Below the pieces are notes generated by a model that saw nothing but the letters and a program-made list of their open reading frames with translations, made no database searches and had not been told where the DNA came from. A DNA stretch of 64,000 bases from a virus: IMG/VR virus record IMGVR_UViG_3300037148_000025, positions 1 to 64,000 of that record, one strand, 5' to 3'. This document shows, piece by piece, positions 27,693 to 36,704 of the stretch (position 1 is its first letter; the number at the start of each line of letters is the position of its first letter). A program made the translations under genes and the position numbers.

Positions 27693-27695
27693 GAT

Positions 27696-28133
27696 ATGAC
27701 AATTCGTGAGTATCAGGAGAAGGATGCTTGCGCGGTCTGCGCTATAAATCGTGCTTGTTTCAAAGATGCAGAACCAGATTCAGAACTTTTAGAGGATTTG
27801 AAGAAGTATAAAACGTGGGTTGCTGTGGCAGAAAATGGATATATTCAAGGATTTATCTCTGGACATGTTAAACACGGTATACCATACATCGACAATGTTT
27901 CTGTTCTTGAACTATATAGAGGAATGGGTATAGCAACAGAACTTATAGAGACGTTTGAAAAGAGTTTTAGTTGGCGGGATAGTCTGGGTAATGGTACGGC
28001 GTACTGGCTTCAAGTAGCATCGGACAATCCGGCGCAAAGGTTGTATTTTGATCTTGGATACAGGGTTGAATCTGTAGACGAGAATTTTTATGGCAGGGGA
28101 AAACATGCACTATGCATGCACAAAACTGCTTAG
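27696..28133 (+). CDS. GNAT (RimI-like) acetyltransferase
   Basis: V...YRGMGIATELI...N.A..LY..LGY. Confidence 0.9.
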   Translation: MTIREYQEKDACAVCAINRACFKDAEPDSELLEDLKKYKTWVAVAENGYIQGFISGHVKHGIPYIDNVSVLELYRGMGIATELIETFEKSFSWRDSLGNGTAYWLQVASDNPAQRLYFDLGYRVESVDENFYGRGKHALCMHKTA

Positions 28134-28368
28134 CAATAAATTGGTATACGATACGCTTTTTCTATATCGCGTATCATATACATTGGTATCGCAGTGGATT
28201 ACTGTAGAGCCACCAAATTAGCGTGAGGGAACTAAAGCCGAAGTCTAGGCTAAAGGCAGTGAAAGCACAGTCGGATTACTGGAGCAATTAACTGACGCAA
28301 GGGACTTAAATTCTTAGTAACTCTTGGAGGAGAAGTTTTAGGAGTTTTTTGTACTAAGGGAAATTACA

Positions 28369-30650
28369 ATGGCTAGTTATTCACCATCAAGTAATGGACA
28401 GTCAAATCTGCCTCAGTCAACGGTCAAGTATTATGATAAAAAGTTCCGCGAGAATCTGAAGGCTTAAAATTTGGGTCTTCTAAAACTTGACTATATCGGT
28501 GGAACCGTGCTATAATGGACACATTATGGCAGACAATACCGAGGAAAGACAGAATGCTGCAATTAAACAACTTTTCACAACCGCATTCTGAATCCCTAGA
28601 GACTAATACGTCAGGAATTGTAGGAAATTTTACTACGATTAAGATAGAGTCCGATCTGCGTGGTGACATGCAGAGTGAGCCAACAGTGATGTTGGATTCC
28701 TAAACACAAATACAAACACCATTCGTAGCATGTTCCGAACGTTTGGACTTGCCTACAAAGAGTGGTAATCAATATGAACTCTTTATGTATGTACCTATGG
28801 CTGCTAACACAACTCAGACTCTTGAGGGAACTGTTGGGGCAGGTATTTCAGTAAACGTTTTGACTACAACGGCCACCATTGGCGAATATGCAGATTACGC
28901 TAACTTTAGCTCGCTTTCGTTAGCTACGGCGATTAATTAATCGGTTGCCGTTAAATGGTTCTATATCGGTGAACCTCTGCTTAGCAGACAATACCGAGGA
29001 AACTTGAATGAAAGAAAAAACTAAGGCGTATTTAGCAGGATTGTTCGACTCAGAAGGAGATGTGTCTATTAGTAGACATATTTCTAAAGAGAGAACGTAC
29101 GTTGTTAAAGGTAAAGAATATACTTACGAAAATTACACTTCATATGGAGTAAGTTTGGCAGTATATAATACATATTTACCTTTAATGAAATATTTAGTTA
29201 AGCATTTTGGTGGAACATACCGAATGCTACGAAAGGAAACTGAAGTTAGACAAAATGTGTATGCGTGGAAACCGGATGGTTCTAAACATGCACTAAAAGT
29301 TCTAAAATTAGTTTATCCTTATGTTGCAATTAAGAAGAATCAAGTAAATTTATGTATACAATTTTTAGAACTTGAAGGAGAGACAGTTCCAGAAATTAGA
29401 AAAAATTTGTATAATGAATGTTTAATTGCAAATTCAAGTTCCGTAACGACTGACACGAACCATATTGTTAAATGGAAAATTAATCTACAAAATGCTTATT
29501 TCTCCGCGATTTTTGATGGAGAGGGAACAGCAGCGGTATACCACGGTCCTACTATTTGGATTGCTAATTCAAATAAAAGCCTTCTGGAAACAGCAAAGAT
29601 TTTATTTAATGCCAATAATGTAACTGGCGGATATAGAAAAAATGCAAAATCAGATAGGTTACCTGAGTATAGAGTTTGCGTTCCTGTAGAGCAAATGGAA
29701 AAGTTTATTTTAAGAATACTCCCGTATTCTACAATAAAGCATGAACAACTTCTTTTGGTACTTGAAGCTTTAAGGGGGGTTTCAAAGGAACGGAAGAAGA
29801 AAATTCAAGATAAACTTTTTATGATTAAACATCCATTGTCAATAAAGATACAGTCTGGACTCACAAGTGATTGTGAGAATTCTCTAACAGAGATGTTAGA
29901 AGATAATAACAATATCACGACAATACTGTAGAAAACGTAGCACGTGAACTTGCATATCGTCTTGGCGAATCGCTGAGCGGCCTTGTTCGCGCAACGGCTG
30001 ACGGTGCGGCAGCGGTTGATACAAGCGTTCTTACAAAGCTTGCAGCAGGCGCATCACCATCAACCGTATTTACAGCACTGAGTCTTGATCAGATTCGTAA
30101 TGCTGTGCAGAGTCTTGCAGGTCGTTCAGTTCGTCCGTTTGACGAAGCAAGCAAGACATTTGTAGGTGTAATTCACCCATTTGCTCTGGGCGATGTTCTA
30201 GCTGACGCTACTAATAACTCACCTATCGACATCTTGAAGCACACTCCAGTTGGTCTAGCACGTATGGAAGACCTTATTTCTGTTGATTTGACAGAAATGA
30301 TTGAACTTCCTTCAACTGGTGTTCGTTTCTTCCAGACTAACCAAGTTACAACCACACCTAGCTACAATTCTGGCGCTGGTGCATCAATCTTTACTGCTCT
30401 TCGTACCTACATCTTCGGACGTGACGGTATCTTTAGCATTAAGCTTGGAGCACAGGGCGACACAGGCTTTGGCGACGGTGAGTGGAGCAATATTAAGTGT
30501 AACGTAGTACAAAATGCTGCACCTAGCGTTGCTGATCCTGAAGGGTTGATCCCCGGATGGACTAGCTATCGTGTACATTTCACGACTTCACTTGGTCCTG
30601 ATACAACAATCAGAATCCGTGAGATTGACGCTGCAAGCGCAATTAGCTAA
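28369..30650 (+). CDS. Major capsid protein (N4-gp56-like), spliced: exons 28369-28464, 28713-28933 and 29918-30650 (349 aa)
   Basis: Joined exons total 1050 nt in one open frame: MASYSPSS...ENLKA|QTPFVACSERLDLP...LATAI|DNTVENVAREL...DAASAIS; follows the scaffold gene. Confidence 0.85.
28465..28712 (+). ncRNA. Group I intron 1 (248 nt, no ORF)
   Basis: P/Q/R/S-like elements (TATCGGTGG, AATACCGAGG, AGAGACTA, AAGATAGAGTCC); P3 CTTGAC/GTCAGG; IGS TTTGGGTCTTC pairs with ligated exon GAAGGCT|CAAA. Confidence 0.9.
28934..29917 (+). ncRNA. Group I intron 2 (984 nt) with homing endonuclease ORF
   Basis: Same core as intron 1; P7 GACTG/CAGTC; P3 ATGGTTC/GAACCAT; IGS TCGGTTGCCG pairs with ligated exon CGGCGAT|CGA. 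Confidence 0.9.
29008..29931 (+). CDS. Double-motif LAGLIDADG homing endonuclease
   Basis: YLAGLFDSEG and YFSAIFDGEG motifs; AT-rich. Confidence 0.9.
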   Translation: MKEKTKAYLAGLFDSEGDVSISRHISKERTYVVKGKEYTYENYTSYGVSLAVYNTYLPLMKYLVKHFGGTYRMLRKETEVRQNVYAWKPDGSKHALKVLKLVYPYVAIKKNQVNLCIQFLELEGETVPEIRKNLYNECLIANSSSVTTDTNHIVKWKINLQNAYFSAIFDGEGTAAVYHGPTIWIANSNKSLLETAKILFNANNVTGGYRKNAKSDRLPEYRVCVPVEQMEKFILRILPYSTIKHEQLLLVLEALRGVSKERKKKIQDKLFMIKHPLSIKIQSGLTSDCENSLTEMLEDNNNITTIL

Positions 30651-30670
30651 GGCTAAGTCTAACTAATTAT

Positions 30671-30694
30671 GTGGGAGAGAGAAATTTCTCCCAC
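30671..30694 (+). terminator. Hairpin after the capsid gene
   Basis: GTGGGAGA/TCTCCCAC stem; weak U tract. Confidence 0.45.
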
Positions 30695-30714
30695 ATTATG
30701 AAATAGGAGAAAAA

Positions 30715-31701
30715 ATGGGAAACGTACAAGAGTCATATCCGGCTCAAACTACAGGTTTAGGTGTAGCGGCTAAAATCTCTGTTGTAGGTAACTTGGCAGG
30801 TGGAAGTTCAGTTCCGGGATATAACAATGTTGTTCTATCTAAGACTGGTGCTACATATGCTGGAGTAACCTATCCAGAAACATTCCAGCTTAGTCCTAAC
30901 ATTGAAGATGCCGGTGGAAATGAACTTACGCCGGGCACAGCATATGCTTTGACATCTGTTGCAAGTTCTAGTGGTTCTACTGCGGTGTATACAGGAACAA
31001 TTGTAGCAGGAGCTAACGCCCTAGTCGGGAAGACATTCGTTGTTGCAGGTTATGTTGCCGCAGCAAACAATGGAACATTCATCTGTACAGCGAATAATGG
31101 TTCTACCACAATCACGTTGGAGAATGCAAGTGCTACGTCTGCTACAGCGCAGACAGCAACTGCAACTTCTCAGGAAGTTATTGCAGGTAATGTATACGCT
31201 TTAACATCGGCTGCAAATGCTGTTGGTGCTAATACAGTTTACACAGGAACAGTTGTTGCCGCTGCTCACAGTTTGATTGGTGAAACCTTCGTGGTTGCAT
31301 CTTTCGGGACTGCGGCAGATAATGGCACATTTGTTTGTGTGGATAACAACGGAACTACAACTTTAACCCTTGCAAACGCGAATGGCGCAGCGGAGTCGGC
31401 TCAAACAGCGACTGCTACGCAGCAAGTAGCTGTAGGCGAGTATTCACTTACATATGTTGTATATGATTTTAAGACAACTAGCACAGGGACAGACAGCCCC
31501 TCAAGCACACCTGAAGCAATTGTATCAGTTAGTGCAAACGGTCTTTTGACTGCTCTTTATCCGGGCGGGAGTGTGGTAGAAGTATCATACCCAACTTTTG
31601 ATAATGAGTCTGGTGTAACCGGGGCAGCATCAGGAAATCCAATGTATAACTTGCCGAAAGACAAGATTTACGCAGAGGTTTCGGTAACCGTATTACCGTA
31701 A
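30715..31701 (+). CDS. Virion structural (decoration-like) protein with duplicated beta module and Ig-like end
   Basis: Directly after the capsid gene; two ~80-aa repeats (VYTGT...NGTF.C...NG..T.TL.NA). Confidence 0.6.
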   Translation: MGNVQESYPAQTTGLGVAAKISVVGNLAGGSSVPGYNNVVLSKTGATYAGVTYPETFQLSPNIEDAGGNELTPGTAYALTSVASSSGSTAVYTGTIVAGANALVGKTFVVAGYVAAANNGTFICTANNGSTTITLENASATSATAQTATATSQEVIAGNVYALTSAANAVGANTVYTGTVVAAAHSLIGETFVVASFGTAADNGTFVCVDNNGTTTLTLANANGAAESAQTATATQQVAVGEYSLTYVVYDFKTTSTGTDSPSSTPEAIVSVSANGLLTALYPGGSVVEVSYPTFDNESGVTGAASGNPMYNLPKDKIYAEVSVTVLP

Positions 31702-31724
31702 TCGTTCTAATACTGGAGGGTATT

Positions 31725-32000
31725 ATGATGACACAAAATGATGACGTAGACAATATGGAAGTTCTACGTCATCACAATCGAGCACTGCGCAATGTTAACA
31801 AAAGCTTGCGCAGTGGTCAGAAAAGTTCTCAGGAACATTCAGATGAGTTGTTTTTGGAACTGTGCAAGTCGGAAACAGACAGTCAGATTGCGATGGAAAA
31901 AATCAGAGCGTTTGGCGGGATAGAATGCGGCTCTGGTGATTATAGTTTTATAGTCGATAAGTGCCTACAAGCCTTAAGCGCCATAGACCAAAGCAAATAA
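31725..32000 (+). CDS. Hypothetical protein
   Basis: GGAGG RBS. Confidence 0.6.
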   Translation: MMTQNDDVDNMEVLRHHNRALRNVNKSLRSGQKSSQEHSDELFLELCKSETDSQIAMEKIRAFGGIECGSGDYSFIVDKCLQALSAIDQSK

Positions 32001-32026
32001 TCACAGGAAGTTCTTTAGGAGATAGC

Positions 32027-32212
32027 ATGGCCGGTGAAGGAACTAACTACTTTAATAAAAAGGTTGCACAGTATGAGCCGGTTGTATCTGCGGCTCAGCA
32101 AGCAACCGCAAAACTTGCAGCGGCAAAACAGGGACTTTCTTTGTTAGGTAAACCTAACATTACTCAGGCAGAAGCAGAAAGTTTAGTTGCTTTGTACGTT
32201 CAGGCAGAGTAA
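32027..32212 (+). CDS. Hypothetical protein
   Basis: AGGAG RBS; followed by a GC hairpin at about 32217-32236. Confidence 0.6.
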   Translation: MAGEGTNYFNKKVAQYEPVVSAAQQATAKLAAAKQGLSLLGKPNITQAEAESLVALYVQAE

Positions 32213-32403
32213 AAGACGCGGGGCTTCGGCTCCGCGCAAAGTTTTCATATATATGAAAAACCATATGATGTGGATTACTGAGTATGGATTAACATATATA
32301 TGCTTGCGGTCACTTAGCCCGCGCAGGCGGTTGACTGCACTGCTTTATTCCAAGGGTCGCGGCCTTTATTTTAGAGCAGACACGTTTTTGCAAGCTGGAG
32401 GGC

Positions 32404-33057
32404 TTGATGACAATTACACCAGAAGAAGTCCAGAAGCTACAGGGGACACGCCTCGACGCTACGGCACCATGGGACAGCTACAGTGCAGAGTTAGATACTA
32501 AGATGACCCCGGAGTTAGCCGCTCAAGTGGCAGAGTACTCCACAAAGTATTACCAAGATGCTCCATCGAGTAATCAGTCTCAGGAGGTATTGGCAGAGTT
32601 AAAAGAAGGAAATGACGAGAATGCAAAGCAGTATCAGTGGCTGAAACCGGAAGAGTATGCAGATGTCGAAGCCAGAATCGGTAAGGTAATGACTCATGAG
32701 GAGTTCATATATAAACTTAGACGAGCCGGTTTAACATGCTTCTATAAGCAGCATCCACAACCGGACAAAGCTGTTTTGTTTGTGTCGCGCACTGGATTTT
32801 CTGAAGCTGAAGTAGCTTGTTGGGCACAAATCGGGCAGATGCCTGAATTATCGATTATGAACTTCGATCGGTATGGTATACCACTTGCAGAGAGGAGACG
32901 TGGTTGGCGTACTTGCCTTCTACAGCTAATGTTGAAAGAAATGATTACAGAGGAGATGGCAAATCGTATATTTGGTAAACCTCGTAGCGATGCGGCGTTT
33001 GATAGGTATAATGCAACGGTACAGGAGATTAGGAAGATTCACACCGGTGTACAGTAA
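32404..33057 (+). CDS. Hypothetical virion-module protein
   Basis: GGAGG RBS; RRRGWRT motif. Confidence 0.7.
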   Translation: MMTITPEEVQKLQGTRLDATAPWDSYSAELDTKMTPELAAQVAEYSTKYYQDAPSSNQSQEVLAELKEGNDENAKQYQWLKPEEYADVEARIGKVMTHEEFIYKLRRAGLTCFYKQHPQPDKAVLFVSRTGFSEAEVACWAQIGQMPELSIMNFDRYGIPLAERRRGWRTCLLQLMLKEMITEEMANRIFGKPRSDAAFDRYNATVQEIRKIHTGVQ

Positions 33058-33083
33058 TAGATAGAAAAATAGGAGAGGAGACT

Positions 33084-33674
33084 ATGACAAATTTGAATGA
33101 TATTGCGGGAGATGTTTCTACACATTCGGCAGAGACACCAAAGCCTAGCAAGAAAATTGATGCTTTGGATGCGGAACTTAAACAACTTGCATTGGAAAAT
33201 GCAAAGCTTGAACTTCAGGAGAAAACACTTAATTTACAAGACCTTCAAGAGCGCCTTGCTGAGCGTGGGATGAAGCGTGAAAACAGGCTTCAGCGAAGTG
33301 TTATCAATGGTCAAACATTGAAGCAGCTTTCCGCAATCGACAAAGCAACACAGAACCGCTGTAACCACAAGAAAGGCGGAAATGGTGCTCAGGGTGTTGT
33401 AGGCGGAAAGGGGGATGACTCTCAGTACGCCGTACTAAAGCATACGTTTGCTAATGGGGATATGTGGGTTCGCTGTTTACGTTGCGGCAAGACTTGGAAG
33501 CCTCCTGTCAGACGCGCTTATAAGACTGACGAAGCCTATAAGGGAGCATGGGCAGTATATGAGGAAGCTAAGGAATTTCAGACAAGAAATACACCTTCAA
33601 GTGCATATTTGTTCCGCTACTCGGATAATGGAGAGTTTTATAGGGAAGCCACAGAAGCTACAACATTGAAATAA
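33084..33674 (+). CDS. Coiled-coil plus Zn-finger protein
   Basis: Heptad repeats; CNH...CLRC. Confidence 0.7.
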   Translation: MTNLNDIAGDVSTHSAETPKPSKKIDALDAELKQLALENAKLELQEKTLNLQDLQERLAERGMKRENRLQRSVINGQTLKQLSAIDKATQNRCNHKKGGNGAQGVVGGKGDDSQYAVLKHTFANGDMWVRCLRCGKTWKPPVRRAYKTDEAYKGAWAVYEEAKEFQTRNTPSSAYLFRYSDNGEFYREATEATTLK

Positions 33675-33686
33675 TAAGGATCAAAC

Positions 33687-35036
33687 ATGGCATCAATAGT
33701 TCAAATACCTTTTGTAACTAGCGCAGGCGGGAACTTCACCTTACCACACACTTTAGGTGTAGTTCCCGGTTCCGTTGTTTTTGAGTTAACCAGTGTAGGA
33801 AGTGTTTGGTTTCAGCCCACACGTTTTGACGCAAACAATCTTTATTTGATAGCATCAGGTGCAGGAGTAACAGGTTATGCTATTGTTTATGCCAGCGGAA
33901 GTCCATTTCTTTCTTCATCTGTTTTTGGAAATTCAACAATCCAGCTTCAAGAAGTTGTAGATGATGCATCTACTTTAGGAGATGTAGCCCCCGCCCTTGC
34001 GACGGGTGGATTTTCTATGTCACCAGCATTATCTATTGCCAATGATGTTATGCAGGCAATTATCAATGGTGGAAATGCAGGTCAAGCATATAACTGGAAG
34101 TGGAATCGTTATAATCTTCCTACATTCCCAGTAAACAGTGTGCAGCAAGACTACTTTATCCCGAATTTGTTTAATATTGGTTGGCTTGAGAGTGCATGGA
34201 TGGTAGATATTAACCAGACATCGGTTCCTAAGCAGAGATTTCCAATTGAGATCGACAGGGACTTGTTGGTAACTAATAACCAAGGTGGATATACGGCCAA
34301 GGTTTCGTGGTTGCCGAACAGTATGTTGATGACAGGAACATGGGGAGCAGCGCCACAAGGACCAACAGCAGGAAATCCAAGCGGTCAGATTACTGTATCC
34401 GGTCCCAGTATGAGCGGGCAGCAGAATCCGGGTCCGGGTGTAATATATACTAATCCTCTTGGAACTTTGCTTACTCCATATAATGCTACGACTGCAATAC
34501 AAGACCCCAATGGAAACTTATGGTGTCTTACAACATATGGAATTTGTGGGAGTGTGGAACCAACGTGGCCTGCCAGTCCTACATATCCTACTTTGCGTAA
34601 TCCAAATTTGCTTTCAACAACGGTAACCGATGGAGGTTGTGTTTGGACAGCAATTAATCCGGTTGGTCAAGGTATCAGGGTTAGTCCTACCCCTCCTCAG
34701 TCTGGGGTAGTATGGGTAATACAAGTTGTTGGGCAAATGGTTGCCCCCAGATTCACCAATCTTACACAATATTTGAACCCTCTGCCCGATAATTTTGAGT
34801 GGGCTTTCAAAAGTGGGTTTTTCGCACAATGTTATAGACGAAATCCCGATCCCAAAGTTAGAGCCAGATTTGCTCAAGAGCAGCAACTATGGCTGGAGTC
34901 CTTAGATAAGGCTGTTAGACAGGCAGATAGGGAACCGGATGATTTCGGATTTTATCCGGGAAATGTAGGGGTTATGGACACAGGTTTTGGAATCAATCAG
35001 ATTACACCCTCACTTCCGTTTGGACCATGGAGTTAG
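33687..35036 (+). CDS. Putative head-tail adaptor/structural protein
   Basis: YNWKWNR...QQDY; paralogous features to the next ORF. Confidence 0.55.
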   Translation: MASIVQIPFVTSAGGNFTLPHTLGVVPGSVVFELTSVGSVWFQPTRFDANNLYLIASGAGVTGYAIVYASGSPFLSSSVFGNSTIQLQEVVDDASTLGDVAPALATGGFSMSPALSIANDVMQAIINGGNAGQAYNWKWNRYNLPTFPVNSVQQDYFIPNLFNIGWLESAWMVDINQTSVPKQRFPIEIDRDLLVTNNQGGYTAKVSWLPNSMLMTGTWGAAPQGPTAGNPSGQITVSGPSMSGQQNPGPGVIYTNPLGTLLTPYNATTAIQDPNGNLWCLTTYGICGSVEPTWPASPTYPTLRNPNLLSTTVTDGGCVWTAINPVGQGIRVSPTPPQSGVVWVIQVVGQMVAPRFTNLTQYLNPLPDNFEWAFKSGFFAQCYRRNPDPKVRARFAQEQQLWLESLDKAVRQADREPDDFGFYPGNVGVMDTGFGINQITPSLPFGPWS

Positions 35037-35056
35037 TAATTTAGTATAAAAACTAC

Positions 35057-35094
35057 GGGAGACGTCTTGGCATTTCGCCCGTCTCCCATTTTTA
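35057..35094 (+). terminator. Rho-independent terminator
   Basis: GGGAGACG/CGTCTCCC stem plus T-rich tail. Confidence 0.6.
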
Positions 35095-35116
35095 TTTTTA
35101 GTTGCACGGAGAGGTT

Positions 35117-36043
35117 ATGGCACTGAGTTCTATAAAATTGATACAGACGCTTGAATGGGCAAAACGCTTTATCTCACAGCGTCCTACAGCATTAGGAAAT
35201 TTCAATGAGCCTGCTGTTAGCAGTGCTAATACAGTTCTTCAGACCATTGTTAGTCCTCCATTCTCGTGGCCGTGGAACCGTGCAGTAACCGGGTTTGTTT
35301 GTGTTCCGGGACAGCAGGATTATACCCTGTTTAACTGGCAAGTTGCTACTAATGTATCAGCAGGAACTGTTACAGTGGACAGCAACGGTAATTCACAGAT
35401 TGTGACCACTGGTGGAGTTACGGGAAGCACTGCTCCAACGTGGAACCCAACCACAGGACAAGTTACGAACGATGGATCAACCGTGGTTTGGATGAATTCT
35501 GGTCCAATCGGTTTGTCCGGGGGGTCTACAACTTATAATTTTGGTTGGATCGAGACGGCATCCATAAAAGCGACTAATCCGAATACTTCAGCCCAAGAGT
35601 GGAAGGAGATCGAAGTTAAGTTGTGTCTTTCCGCTGAATCTGCGAAATCCAGACCACACGATATTTCGGCACAACTATTTGACTCATTGGGGAACGTAAC
35701 TTTCAGACTTATGCCTTGCCCAGATCAGGCATACCCAGTGTCCATCACTATTCAGCAGAAGCCAACATTAATCACAAGTCTTAATGGAACATGGGCACCA
35801 ATTCCAGACTCGTATTCCCATATATATAATTGGGGAATGCTGAGTCTTTTATTTTTGTTCACAGACGATCCCCGCGCTCAGATGGCAGAGCAGAAATTTT
35901 TAGCACATATTTTGAGTTCTAGCCAAGGTTTAACTCAGACACAGTTTAATATTTTCCTGTCTCAATGGCAGACGGTCACAGGGTTGCAGCAGACGCTTCC
36001 GGCGTCTAACCAGCAAGGAATTCAAGGGCGAGGGAGTGTATAA
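35117..36043 (+). CDS. Putative head-tail adaptor/structural protein
   Basis: FSWPWNR...GQQDY...P.PDQAY. Confidence 0.55.
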   Translation: MALSSIKLIQTLEWAKRFISQRPTALGNFNEPAVSSANTVLQTIVSPPFSWPWNRAVTGFVCVPGQQDYTLFNWQVATNVSAGTVTVDSNGNSQIVTTGGVTGSTAPTWNPTTGQVTNDGSTVVWMNSGPIGLSGGSTTYNFGWIETASIKATNPNTSAQEWKEIEVKLCLSAESAKSRPHDISAQLFDSLGNVTFRLMPCPDQAYPVSITIQQKPTLITSLNGTWAPIPDSYSHIYNWGMLSLLFLFTDDPRAQMAEQKFLAHILSSSQGLTQTQFNIFLSQWQTVTGLQQTLPASNQQGIQGRGSV

Positions 36044-36324
36044 TGTCGCAGGCATCTTTAACTGTCAATACGTTCATAACACCTGATGGAAGTCCTGTTT
36101 CTAATGGGTTTATTCTTATTAGGCTGAGCCAAGATGGGTCTGCATCTGGAGAGCAGATTACAACCCAATTTGTTAGTATTCCTTTGGATGTGAATGGAAC
36201 TATTATTGGAAGCCCTGTGTTTTGGGTGAATGCATACATTAGTCCTTCGGGAACGTATTATATACAGTCGGTTTATTCTGCCACGGGACAGTGTGTCTCT
36301 GGTCCTAATAGAATTACGGTTTAA
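36043..36324 (+). CDS. Small structural protein; paralog of the C-terminal domain of 36705..38210
   Basis: NGF...LSQDG...PSGT.Y...GQ.V.GPN. Confidence 0.6.
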   Translation: MSQASLTVNTFITPDGSPVSNGFILIRLSQDGSASGEQITTQFVSIPLDVNGTIIGSPVFWVNAYISPSGTYYIQSVYSATGQCVSGPNRITV

Positions 36325-36340
36325 GATTATTGGAGAGATA

Positions 36341-36688
36341 ATGAACTGGAAAAAATGGTTAGTATCAGTTTGGAGCGAAGCGGACGGGACAGGGAGTAGC
36401 TCCCGACTTATAATTTCTTTGCTTGTTTTATTTATTATAACTGTAGGTGTTGGTTTTACCATAGCAGTTCACAAGCACTCCCTAGCAATGAATGATTTTA
36501 ACAGTTTTCTTGTCACTTCTGGGGCTTTTATTGTGACTACTTGTACTCCCTTGTATGCAGTAAATAAGGGAGCAGCAGTCATGAAGGGAAAAACGGATGC
36601 AGCGGCCAGCGTAGCAGCCAATACTTCTAGTGTTCCGGAAGTAAGTGTAATTGCCTCTGGTAATTCCCCTAGTGTGGATGTCAAGTAG
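36341..36688 (+). CDS. 2-TM membrane protein (holin-like)
   Basis: SSSRL followed by two TM helices; RBS before 36341. Confidence 0.5.
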   Translation: MNWKKWLVSVWSEADGTGSSSRLIISLLVLFIITVGVGFTIAVHKHSLAMNDFNSFLVTSGAFIVTTCTPLYAVNKGAAVMKGKTDAAASVAANTSSVPEVSVIASGNSPSVDVK

Positions 36689-36704
36689 TTAAAAGGATGT
36701 AATT

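Noticed and set aside
28515-28703. 62-aa ORF in the ORF track
   Set aside because: Lies wholly inside the ribozyme core of intron 1 and has no recognisable motif
28465-28940. Stop-codon recoding, readthrough or a capsid pseudogene as the explanation for the broken capsid ORF
   Set aside because: All other genes use the standard code, and group I cores with IGS pairing restore a single 349-aa frame
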